54,016 nucleotides of DNA, from contig DYRR01000001.1 in assembly GCA_020718605.1 (NCBI GenBank), positions 1 through 54,016 of the forward strand. The letters are read 5' to 3'. Position numbers and translations under genes: made by a program. The notes beneath the pieces are model-generated. The model was not told the origin of the DNA. It saw only the letters and a list, made by a program, of their open reading frames with translations, and did no database searches. Positions 31,720 to 39,664 of this stretch are shown one piece after another. The stretch's first letter is position 1. Every line of letters starts with the position of its first letter. This DNA comes from Chthoniobacter flavus (GTDB lineage: Bacteria > Verrucomicrobiota > Verrucomicrobiia > Chthoniobacterales > CAKUMP01).

Positions 31720-31926
31720 CCGCCCTCAATGCGGGGCGTCGACAGCGTGCCGCAGCGCTTCGGAAGGAAATTTCCGGGGGCGGAATCCAACAAGGCCAGG
31801 GCAAAACGGCTACCTTGCAACACCTCCGGGTGTGACAATGACTCCGTCTGCCTCTCCTCTCAACCAGCTGCGTCTTGTGGGTTCGAACAAACAAAAACCA
31901 AACAAACCAAGAAAGCAAAAACGACA

Positions 31927-32688
31927 ATGAAACTCAGTAACCTGACCAAATCCGTGTTTGCCCTCGGGGCTGTGGCACTCGCCGCCATCAGCACCGTTCA
32001 GGCCGGCACCGCCGCTGCGTCCAAAGAAGTGGTTCCCGTCGAAGCCGAAGAGTCATGGTGGGGTGCCAGCATGAACATCGGTTACGACAGCCTCTACATC
32101 TTCCGCGGAGTCAACGTGTTCGGCAGAGGCAACAACAGCGGCCTTGTGACGGCCGATTTCACCCTCACGACCACCTGCGGCTTCACCGCCGGAGTCTGGC
32201 TGGGAGCGGCTGACGACGAAGACTACACCGAGCTTGATGCGTTCGTTTCCTACACGCATTCGTTCGGACCGGTGGATCTCACCGGCGGCGTCACCTACTA
32301 CGACTTCAACAGTCTCGGTGATGAAACCTGGGAAGTGTTCGCCACGGTGAGCACCTCGGTGATCCCCTTCGTGACCCCGTCCCTGACGGCGTTCTACGAC
32401 TGGGATCTGTTTGAAGGCTGGTTCATCGAAGCCAAAGTGGCCAGCTCCATCCCGGTCATCAAGGACGTCCTCAGCATCGACCCCTTCGTCTCTGCTGCCT
32501 ACGATCTCGAATACAACACCGCCGGAAACGACTGGAACGACCTCACCGTGGGCGTTTCTATCCCCTGGAATGTCACCGAAAACATGACGATCTCCGGATA
32601 TGCCAAGTATATCTGGGTGCTCGACGCCCTCGATGACAGCCAGGATGACGAGTGGGTGTTCGGCGGCAAAGTCGGACTCTCGTTCTAA
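31927..32688 (+). CDS. Outer-membrane beta-barrel protein, TorF/Gcw_chp-like putative porin
   Basis: 253 aa from the ATG at 31927. Signal peptide MKLSNLTKSVFALGAVALAAISTVQA/G, alternating beta-strand pattern, SLYIFRGVNV, GFTAGVWLG, TELDAFVSY, GGVTYYDF, and a C-terminal ...GLSF aromatic end. Confidence 0.75.
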   Translation: MKLSNLTKSVFALGAVALAAISTVQAGTAAASKEVVPVEAEESWWGASMNIGYDSLYIFRGVNVFGRGNNSGLVTADFTLTTTCGFTAGVWLGAADDEDYTELDAFVSYTHSFGPVDLTGGVTYYDFNSLGDETWEVFATVSTSVIPFVTPSLTAFYDWDLFEGWFIEAKVASSIPVIKDVLSIDPFVSAAYDLEYNTAGNDWNDLTVGVSIPWNVTENMTISGYAKYIWVLDALDDSQDDEWVFGGKVGLSF

Positions 32689-32708
32689 TCCGAACTGAAT
32701 CCAATCTC

Positions 32709-32746
32709 AAAAACCCCTCCCGGCTTCGGCCGGGAGGGGTTTTTTT
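32709..32746 (+). terminator. Rho-independent (potentially bidirectional) terminator
   Basis: Perfect 11-bp stem CCCCTCCCGGC / GCCGGGAGGGG with a TTCG tetraloop (32714-32739), a T7 run at 32740-32746 and an A5 run at 32709-32713. Confidence 0.9.
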
Positions 32747-32755
32747 GTGGCCCGT

Positions 32756-32865
32756 CCCCAATCGTTAGGATTGGCGGATCCCTGCGCTCCCGCGCAGAGC
32801 TACGAAGCAGCCTGTAGCCCGCTCCGGGAGGAGCGGAATCGCGCACCATCGCACATCGGCCCGCC
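32756..32865 (-). repeat. Interspersed structured repeat, copy C (inverted orientation, 5' part degenerate)
   Basis: The reverse complement of 32777-32829 equals the invariant core. The CCAATC..GATTGG hairpin is retained at 32757-32775. The portion corresponding to the T-run end of copies B and D has diverged. Confidence 0.85.
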
Positions 32866-32944
32866 CCGGCTCGCCGCGACGGAAAGACGGTCTGCGGCAA
32901 AGGCGGGTGGATAGGGAAGACAGGGACACCCTCGTCGGCAACAG

Positions 32945-32962
32945 TGTGACGAAAAAGTCACA
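32945..32962. promoter_or_regulatory. Perfect 18-bp palindrome TGTGAC-N6-GTCACA (candidate operator)
   Basis: TGTGACGAAAAAGTCACA read directly from the sequence, ~165 nt upstream of the phoH2 ATG. An 8-bp-stem hairpin GCCTGTCG/CGACAGGC follows at 33008-33035. Confidence 0.35.
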
Positions 32963-33127
32963 AAATGAGGCAAAATAACCATTGCTACCGCAAGAGATGA
33001 CATGTTAGCCTGTCGTCAGGTTGATTGCGACAGGCCAATTTGAAGCGCAAATGGTGTCCTCTGGCAGAGGCGAGGGTGCTTCGTCCCCCGGGCCTGAACT
33101 TTCGGTGTCACTTGAAAGGATTTCGAT

Positions 33128-34732
33128 ATGAATCAATATGATCCGTTGGCCGACTTTTCACTCACCACGGAAGCACCTTCCGCCACCCTGCAACCCAACT
33201 TGTTTGGAGCGCTGGACGAAGGGGAGGCTCCCCCTGTCGGCTCGCGCCGCCGGTCAAAGCGAAGTGTTTCGGTGACGGCCGGGAAAAACTACATTCTGGA
33301 CACAAACGTCCTGCTCCACGATCCGCATTGTATCGGACGCTTTGCCGACAATCATGTATGGATTCCGGTGGATGTGCTTGCGGAGTTGGACCGGTTCAAG
33401 AATGAGCAATCCGAGCGCGGCGCGAATGCCCGGTCCGTTCATCGCAGCCTTGCAAAAGTGTTTGCCGACAAGGGCAATGCGGTCACAACCGGGATTCCCA
33501 CGGAGGGAGGCGGCTCCCTGCGGCTCGTGATTTTCGATCCCGAAGAAAGTGACAAACGCTCCGCCGCAGTGCGGAGATTTCACCGGGTACTGCCCGACCG
33601 GGACCGCGTGGACCACCGAATCCTGGCCTGCATTCTGCAAATCCAGGAAAAGCAGTCCGGCCCGGCCATTCTGGTGAGCAAAGATCTGAACATGCAGCTC
33701 AAAGCCATGGCGGTGGGGTTGCAGTGCGAGGATTATCTCAACGACAAGGTCGAGGTCAAAGATGTGGAAAACTACGACCCCCACCGGATCGAAGTGCATC
33801 CCCACGAATTGCAGCGCTATGCCAGCACCGGGGAAATCGCCCTCGACGGCTCGCGGATCCACGGTCTTGCGGTGAATGAATATGTGCTCCTTGCGACGGG
33901 GGACCGGCAGACCATTCCCGCACGCCACATGGGAAACGGGGAATTCCGGCATCTGCGTCTGCCCGAGGCCATCCACGTCCCCAAGGGCACGAGCCTCAAG
34001 CCCATGAACCTGGGGCAGCAATGTTTTCTGGACGCGCTGCTCGATCCGGAGATTTCCCTGGTCACCTGCTACGGACAAGCGGGCACGGGCAAAACGCTTC
34101 TGGCGGTGGCGGCCGGGCTTCACATGGTATTCGGACGCACGTACAACGGCATGACCGTGAGTCGTCCCGTCGTGGCCATGGGGGACACTCTGGGTTTCCT
34201 GCCGGGAACTCTGGACGAAAAAATGCGCCCCTGGCTGCAGCCCATTTACGATGCGTTCGATCTGCTGATGCCCGCCGGAGGCGTCCATCATGACCCTCCC
34301 GCAAAGCACAAAACAACGCCCCGCAAACACAAGGGGCCGCAAACGCATCAGGGGCACGATTTCGAACCCGTGACACACTCACACGGCCCCGCGAAGAAGC
34401 CCTACGAAACCCTTCTGGAACAGGGGATCGTGGAGATTGAGGCCCTGTGCTATATCCGCGGACGCTCCATCCCCCGGCGCTTCTTCGTGCTGGATGAAGC
34501 GCAGCAACTCACCCCTTTGGAGGCCAAGACAGTCATCACCCGCATGTCCAAGGGCTCCAAACTCATTATGGTCGGAGACCCGGCCCAGATCGATAATCCC
34601 TACGTGGACAGCCGTTCCAACGGCCTGGTTTATACCCGCAACCGGCTCAAGGACCAGTCCATCACGGCCCATGTCTGCCTGAACAAGGGCGAGCGCAGCC
34701 ATCTCGCCGAGATTGGCGCGCACCTCATGTGA
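33128..34732 (+). CDS. PhoH2-type protein (N-terminal PIN domain fused to PhoH-like ATPase)
   Basis: 534-aa ORF. PIN motif YILDTNVLLHDP, Walker A GQAGTGKTLLA, Walker B FFVLDEAQQ, GDPAQID. A His/Lys/Pro-rich insertion lies around residues 380-425. Confidence 0.9.
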   Translation: MNQYDPLADFSLTTEAPSATLQPNLFGALDEGEAPPVGSRRRSKRSVSVTAGKNYILDTNVLLHDPHCIGRFADNHVWIPVDVLAELDRFKNEQSERGANARSVHRSLAKVFADKGNAVTTGIPTEGGGSLRLVIFDPEESDKRSAAVRRFHRVLPDRDRVDHRILACILQIQEKQSGPAILVSKDLNMQLKAMAVGLQCEDYLNDKVEVKDVENYDPHRIEVHPHELQRYASTGEIALDGSRIHGLAVNEYVLLATGDRQTIPARHMGNGEFRHLRLPEAIHVPKGTSLKPMNLGQQCFLDALLDPEISLVTCYGQAGTGKTLLAVAAGLHMVFGRTYNGMTVSRPVVAMGDTLGFLPGTLDEKMRPWLQPIYDAFDLLMPAGGVHHDPPAKHKTTPRKHKGPQTHQGHDFEPVTHSHGPAKKPYETLLEQGIVEIEALCYIRGRSIPRRFFVLDEAQQLTPLEAKTVITRMSKGSKLIMVGDPAQIDNPYVDSRSNGLVYTRNRLKDQSITAHVCLNKGERSHLAEIGAHLM

Positions 34733-34741
34733 CGGGTTCCC

Positions 34742-35707
34742 CTATCGCAATCCCACCCCGGCGCGCACCCGGTCGAGCACTGATGCCGCCACAGAACGCG
34801 CTTTCTCCGCGCCGGCACGCAGCACCACGTCCACTTCCTCCGGATGGGCCAGCAAATGGTCGCGGCGGGCCTGCATCAGACGGAAATAATCCAGGATCCG
34901 CTCGAAAAGCTGCTTCTTGAAGTCGCCATACCCCGTGCCGCCGGCGCGGAACCGGGCTTCCATGTCCGCGATTTCCCCCGGGGACGCAAAGAGACGATAG
35001 AGATCCACGATAGTGGATTGTCCGGGATCCTTCGGTGCCTCCACAGGGGTGGAATCGGTCACGATGCCCATGATTGTTTTGCGCAGCACTTTTTCCGGAA
35101 GGAACAGATCGATGGTATTGTGGTAGCTCTTGCTCATTTTCTGTCCGTCGAGCCCTTTCACTGTCGCGACCTCTTCCCGGATGTGGGGCTCGGGAAGTTT
35201 GAAGAGTGTGCCGTAAGTCTCATTCATTTTCACCGCAATATCGCGCGTAACTTCCAGATGCTGTTTCTGATCCCTGCCCACGGGCACCAGATCACTGTCG
35301 TAAAGCAGAATGTCGGCGGCCATCAGCACCGGGTAGGCAAAAAGGCCATGCGTGGGGCTGATGCCATGGGCCGTCTTGTCCTTGAAAGAATGGCACCGCT
35401 CCAGCAACCCCATGGGAGTCACCGTGCTCAGGATCCAGGCCAGCTCGGCGACCTCGGGCACATCGGACTGGCGGAACAGGCAGGTCCGGGCCGGGTCCAA
35501 CCCGCACGAAAGAAAATCCACCGCAATCTGCCGCGAATGGGCGCGCAGCGCGGCGGGATCGCGCACCGAGGTGAGCGCGTGATAGTCGGCGATGAAATAA
35601 AACGCCTCCCCGCGCTCCTGCAGTTCGATGGCGGGACGCATCATCCCGAAATAATTGCCGAGATGGAGTGCGCCAGAGGGTTGAATACCGGATAGAATGC
35701 GAATCAT
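34742..35707 (-). CDS. trpS: Tryptophanyl-tRNA synthetase
   Basis: ILSGIQPSGALHLGNYFG (HIGH-type), KMSKS, and VPVGRDQKQHLE. The ATG at 35707 (MIRILSG) is preferred over the TTG at 35752. Confidence 0.95.
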   Translation of the reverse strand: MIRILSGIQPSGALHLGNYFGMMRPAIELQERGEAFYFIADYHALTSVRDPAALRAHSRQIAVDFLSCGLDPARTCLFRQSDVPEVAELAWILSTVTPMGLLERCHSFKDKTAHGISPTHGLFAYPVLMAADILLYDSDLVPVGRDQKQHLEVTRDIAVKMNETYGTLFKLPEPHIREEVATVKGLDGQKMSKSYHNTIDLFLPEKVLRKTIMGIVTDSTPVEAPKDPGQSTIVDLYRLFASPGEIADMEARFRAGGTGYGDFKKQLFERILDYFRLMQARRDHLLAHPEEVDVVLRAGAEKARSVAASVLDRVRAGVGLR

Positions 35708-36066
35708 GGAAAAGGAGCGGATAAAGTCCAGTCTGAGCGCCCCCTTTGTCAAGAAAGTCCGGCCCCGTTCTCCACTGAGGTTGGCTTTCTTCGTGCGGCA
35801 GCAACCGCACTGTCAATGAAACCAGGTAATCCTTCGGCTTTCCTTCCGCCTTCGACAATTCGACCCTCGTTTCAATCGAATTAATTGCTTTGAGGTCGGC
35901 TTTTGTCTGGGCCTCAAGCGAAGTTTTTACGAAAAAATACCGATCAAGGTGCAGAGGCGAGTTGCTCGGGATCACTTGGCTCCCAAAAATGGATGAGGAT
36001 TTTATGCGACCGAGACTTCGCCGCGTCCATGGGATTTGAAGCACTCCCGTCATGAGAAGAAAAAAG

Positions 36067-36147
36067 TGCTCGGGGGGGGACTCGAACCCCCATGCCTTGC
36101 GGCATACGCCCCTCAAACGTACGTGTCTGCCATTTCACCACCCGAGC
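36067..36147 (-). tRNA. tRNA-Leu (GAG anticodon)
   Basis: The reverse complement reads GCTCGGGTGGTGAAATGGCAGACACGTACGTTTGAGGGGCGTATGCCGCAAGGCATGGGGGTTCGAGTCCCCCCCCGAGCA. The anticodon loop TTGAGGG is flanked by a TACGT/GCGTA stem. The long variable arm TGCCGCAAGGCA is typical of class II Leu tRNA. Confidence 0.9.
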
Positions 36148-36288
36148 GGGGATGGAAGAGCGGAAAAGCTATCGGGCGCGGTCTCCCCCGGCAAGTTTTT
36201 TCTTTTTCAAATCCCAACATTTCGCTTGCGAAGGAATACCGCCCCGCTTAACTTCCGCCCCTCACAAAACCCGATCCCTTTTCATCCC

Positions 36289-36444
36289 ATGTCCCAACAC
36301 CGCAGTCTCAAAGGTGCCAGCACCATCACGGCGAAACGCAACGTTCTCAAGCGCTTCGAGCGCGTGGAACTCCTCAAAAAACGCGGCCAGTTCAAGGACG
36401 GCCAGAAGGTCCTCAGCCTCCCGAAAACAAAACCCGACGCCTGA
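36289..36444 (+). CDS. Small basic protein (51 aa), PVC-type conserved mini-protein
   Basis: MSQHRSLKGASTITAKRNVLKRFERVELLKKRGQFKDGQKVLSLPKTKPDA. It resembles the 'small basic protein' family I recall from Verrucomicrobia/Chlamydiae annotations, and lies 24 nt upstream of the pseudouridine synthase gene. Confidence 0.6.
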   Translation: MSQHRSLKGASTITAKRNVLKRFERVELLKKRGQFKDGQKVLSLPKTKPDA

Positions 36445-36467
36445 TCGCGCACCGGTCCCCCACAGAG

Positions 36468-37214
36468 GTGCCCACTTCCTCTTCCGCGTCGCTCCCGGTG
36501 CGGATCAACCGTTTCCTGGCGTCCGCCGGACTCGGCTCCCGTCGTGCCTGCGAAGATCTCGTCCTCACCGGACGGGTCACTGTCAACGGACACGTCTGCG
36601 AATCGCTGGCGTGCCGCGTCGCTCCCGGCGATCACGTGAAGGTCGATGGCCGCCGCATCTCGGGGGAGGAGACAGTCACGATCGCGCTCAACAAACCCCG
36701 CGGCTACCTGTGCACCGCCTCCGACGAGGCGGGGCGCCGCACCATTTTTGATCTGCTCCCGCACGGACTTCCACGGCTCGTCCACGTGGGGCGCCTCGAC
36801 AAGGAGAGCGAGGGCCTGCTCATCCTCACCAACGACGGAGCACTCGCCCAGAACCTCACCCACCCGAGATACAAGGTGGAAAAGGAATACGAAGTGATCC
36901 TGAACCGCTCGATCGATCTGCTGGACACGGAGAAATTGCTGCGCGGATTTCAAATCGAAGGCGGCCGCGCCAAGATGGAAGCCGTCCGCATCACCGGCGC
37001 CCGCCGGGCACGGGTCATCCTGCGCCAGGGAATCAAACGCCAGATCCGGCTCATGTTCTATGAACTCGGCTACGAAGTGGAACGGCTCGTCCGCGTCCGC
37101 ATCGGAGGACTCACCGTCGAGCATCTGCCTCCGGGAACCATCCGCCGCCTCGATCCGTCCGAAATCTCCCGACTGGGCGCCGCTCCTCCGACCGCTCGTT
37201 CGACGAAAGGGTGA
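36468..37214 (+). CDS. Pseudouridine synthase, RsuA/RluB family (S4 domain + catalytic domain)
   Basis: S4-like RINRFLASAGLGSRRACEDLVLTGRVTVNG and the catalytic motif HVGRLDKESEGLLILTNDG. GTG start at 36468; there is no upstream ATG in frame. Confidence 0.9.
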   Translation: MPTSSSASLPVRINRFLASAGLGSRRACEDLVLTGRVTVNGHVCESLACRVAPGDHVKVDGRRISGEETVTIALNKPRGYLCTASDEAGRRTIFDLLPHGLPRLVHVGRLDKESEGLLILTNDGALAQNLTHPRYKVEKEYEVILNRSIDLLDTEKLLRGFQIEGGRAKMEAVRITGARRARVILRQGIKRQIRLMFYELGYEVERLVRVRIGGLTVEHLPPGTIRRLDPSEISRLGAAPPTARSTKG

Positions 37215-37318
37215 AGGGGCTGGTCCATCTCATCCTGAGCAGCCCGGATTTCCAACTCGGCTGAGGCGGACACAGGACGCTTGACGCTGCCGCGCCGCCA
37301 CAGCAGGTTTTCCTCTCC

Positions 37319-38521
37319 ATGAACTTTGCCGTCCATCCCGATAAGGTGATTTATCTCGATCACAACGCCACCACCCCGGTTCATCCCGACGTGCTGGAGG
37401 CGATGCTCCCGTATTTGAGGGAGTATTACGGCAATCCCTCATCCGCCTATCGTTTCGGCTCCCAGATCCGCAGGGCCATTGACAACGCCCGGCAACAAGT
37501 GGCCGCCCTGATCGGATGCGAACCCCGGGAGATTTTGTTCACCGGGTGCGGCACCGAATCCAACAACGCGACTCTGGCCTCCGCACTGCTTGCCGATCGG
37601 GACCGGCAGCAAATCGTCACCACATCGGTCGAGCACAGCGCCATCGTGAAGCACGCCGACACTCTCGCCCGCAGGGGTCATCCTGTCACCCTCCTGCCCG
37701 TGAATTCCCCGGGCCAGCTGGACCTGGACGCCGTGCGTGCGGCTCTCTCGGAGGAAACGGCTCTGCTTTCCGTGATGTGGGCCAACAACGAGACCGGCAC
37801 CATCTTTCCCGTGAAAGAACTCGCGGAGATCGCCGCAGAGAAAGGCGTTCCTTTTCACACCGACGCCGTGCAGGCGGCCGGGAAAATTCCACTCCGCGTC
37901 TCGGACCTGCCAGTGCGGTTCCTTTCCCTGTCGGGTCATAAATTGCAGTGTCCCAAAGGGATTGGCGCTTTGTTTGTGAGTGCCCGCGCCCGATTCCACC
38001 CCTACTTCATCGGGGGCGGACAGGAAGGCGGACGCCGCGGGGGGACGGAAAATGTCGCCGGCATTGTCGCTTTCGGCAAGGCCGCCGAAATCGCCCTCGC
38101 CCATCTCGAAGCCCACGCCGCGCATGTCCAGGCTCTTCGGGACACTTTCGAGCAGACGCTCCTCTCCGCGCTCCCGGATGGAGCGGTCAATGGCGACCCC
38201 TCCTCGCGCCTGCCCAACACCTCCAGTCTGCGATTCGAAGGTGCGGACGCCGAAGCGGTGCTTGTGTTGCTGGACAAGGAAGGCGTGTGCGCCTCGGCGG
38301 GATCCGCCTGCACGACCGGCTCGCTCAACCCCTCGCACGTGCTTACCGCCATGGGCCTCACAACGGATCAGGCGCGGTCCACACTGCGATTTTCCTTCGG
38401 CCCCTCCAATACGCCCGAGGAAGTCCGTCTCGCCGCCGATATTGTCGCAGCGGCTGTGACCAGAGTCCGCTCGCTGCGCGCTCCAGGACCAGTGGCCATC
38501 CACACGCAGGCGGACCGGTGA
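37319..38521 (+). CDS. Cysteine desulfurase (NifS/IscS class V aminotransferase)
   Basis: 400-aa ORF. IYLDHNATTPV, PLP-lysine context SLSGHKLQCPKGIGALFV, and active-site loop SAGSACTTGS. No scaffold gene is adjacent. Confidence 0.92.
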   Translation: MNFAVHPDKVIYLDHNATTPVHPDVLEAMLPYLREYYGNPSSAYRFGSQIRRAIDNARQQVAALIGCEPREILFTGCGTESNNATLASALLADRDRQQIVTTSVEHSAIVKHADTLARRGHPVTLLPVNSPGQLDLDAVRAALSEETALLSVMWANNETGTIFPVKELAEIAAEKGVPFHTDAVQAAGKIPLRVSDLPVRFLSLSGHKLQCPKGIGALFVSARARFHPYFIGGGQEGGRRGGTENVAGIVAFGKAAEIALAHLEAHAAHVQALRDTFEQTLLSALPDGAVNGDPSSRLPNTSSLRFEGADAEAVLVLLDKEGVCASAGSACTTGSLNPSHVLTAMGLTTDQARSTLRFSFGPSNTPEEVRLAADIVAAAVTRVRSLRAPGPVAIHTQADR

Positions 38522-38682
38522 ACGCCGCGTCCTCCCATCCCGATGAAGGCCGATGAAGGCATTACTGCTCTATCAACCGGGCTGGGCCGTCGGCGCCTCC
38601 ATGAACCCGTCATGGAAGAGCTTGAACCAATCCTTTGAGGGCTGGGCCTATCGCAACGGGCTGCTCCGGCAGATTCATCAAC

Positions 38683-38831
38683 TCCCGAATCATTACGATC
38701 CTCTGGAGGAAATGGAAAAAATGGGGGGATTGTGCGGTGCGCGATCCCGCTCCTCCCGGAGCGGGCTACAGGCTGCTTCGTAGCTCTGCGCGGGAGCGCA
38801 GGGATCCGCCAATCCTAACGATTGGGGGGGG
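38683..38831 (+). repeat. Interspersed structured repeat, copy D (most complete)
   Basis: The invariant core is 38754-38806. Local hairpins: CCCGCTCC-TCCC-GGAGCGGG, GCTAC-N10-GTAGC, CTGCGC-GGGA-GCGCAG, CCAATC-CTAAC-GATTGG. The G8 run ends 17 nt before the stop codon (38849-38851) of the convergent gene. Confidence 0.9.
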
Positions 38832-38848
38832 AATGGGCGCGGACGGGA

Positions 38849-39547
38849 TCAGGCGAGCATGGCCGCCCAGCGCTCGAAGATCCCCCGCATCCGGTGCTCG
38901 TAATCGGCGAGATACACGTCTGTGTCGGCCATCATTTTTTCCGGAGACTCCCCCGACTCGATCAGATACCGCGCATCGGTGCGGGCCCATGTCTCCAGCA
39001 ATGCGCGGTCCACTTCGGGGTGAAATTGAAATCCATAGATCCCCTCCTCGGCCCGGAATGCCTGGCAGGGTGTGTGCGCACTGGAGCACAGCGAAACAGC
39101 CCCCTCGGGAACGGCGAATCTGTCCCCGTGAAAATGCAATGCCTGAGCACGAACGGGTTGCCCCTCGAACAACGGATCCGCAGCCGCCGCCGGCGTGAGT
39201 TCGATCTCGTGCCAGGCGGCCTCACGTTCTCCCTTTTCCACCCGCGCACCCAACGCCGCAGCCAGAATTTGGCCACCCAGACAAATCCCGAAAAATGGAA
39301 CCCCCCGGCGCACGGTCTCCGCCGTCAAACGGATCTCGCGATCCAAATACGATCCCGGTGCGGCTTCATACACCGCCTGCGGGCCACCCATCACCACCAC
39401 AGCACTATATCCGCCGGGAGATTCGGGCAGCGGAGGATCGTCCGGACAATAGATCGTGTGAAGTTCAAAGCCATGCCCGCCAAGCACTTCCCCAAGCCGG
39501 GCCGGGCCTTCGGTCTCACCATTCTGCAACACAAGCACTTTTTTCAT
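38849..39547 (-). CDS. Class I glutamine amidotransferase (GMP synthase-like GATase1 domain protein)
   Basis: 232 aa from the ATG at 39547 (MKKVLVLQNGE...). Nucleophile elbow FFGICLGGQILA and GFQFHPEVD (His/Glu of the triad). Confidence 0.85.
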   Translation of the reverse strand: MKKVLVLQNGETEGPARLGEVLGGHGFELHTIYCPDDPPLPESPGGYSAVVVMGGPQAVYEAAPGSYLDREIRLTAETVRRGVPFFGICLGGQILAAALGARVEKGEREAAWHEIELTPAAAADPLFEGQPVRAQALHFHGDRFAVPEGAVSLCSSAHTPCQAFRAEEGIYGFQFHPEVDRALLETWARTDARYLIESGESPEKMMADTDVYLADYEHRMRGIFERWAAMLA

Positions 39548-39664
39548 CGGATATCGGCCGCACTGTATCGGAAATATCATCCATGTCGAGACGACAGCCA
39601 TCGCGTGGTTGCGTGCGGGCGCCTATCTGAGATACTTTCGAGCGTCAACCCGGGAGTTCCTTCC

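Noticed and set aside
31795-31835. CAGGGCAAAAC ... GCAACACCTCCGGG in the porin leader loosely resembles c-di-GMP-I (GEMM) conserved segments.
   Set aside because: The GNRA-capped P1 hairpin, the ACGCAAAGC segment and the second helix cannot be drawn. The similarity is limited to two short strings.
35292-36116. 274-aa minus-strand ORF spanning tRNA-Leu, the AT-rich spacer and the 5' part of trpS.
   Set aside because: It overlaps a tRNA gene and runs out of frame through trpS with an Arg-rich junk translation. Only the central ~60 codons look protein-like; these are reported separately as a possible remnant.
38712-38783. Mini-ORF inside the interspersed repeat. It reads MEKMGGLCGARSRSSRSGLQAAS in copy D, MGGLCGTRSRSSRSGLQAAS in copy B and MCDGARFRSSRSGLQAAS in copy C.
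   Set aside because: Nucleotide conservation is equally perfect downstream of the TAG stop. The substitutions show no synonymous bias that I can see, and the start context differs between copies. Conservation therefore looks DNA/RNA-level rather than peptide-level. Ribo-seq would still be worthwhile.
38822-39664. The upstream 280 codons of the 2189-aa ORF that contains A2M-1.
   Set aside because: This part overlaps the well-supported divergent amidotransferase gene and is compositionally odd. A proper ATG with a signal peptide is present at 39665.
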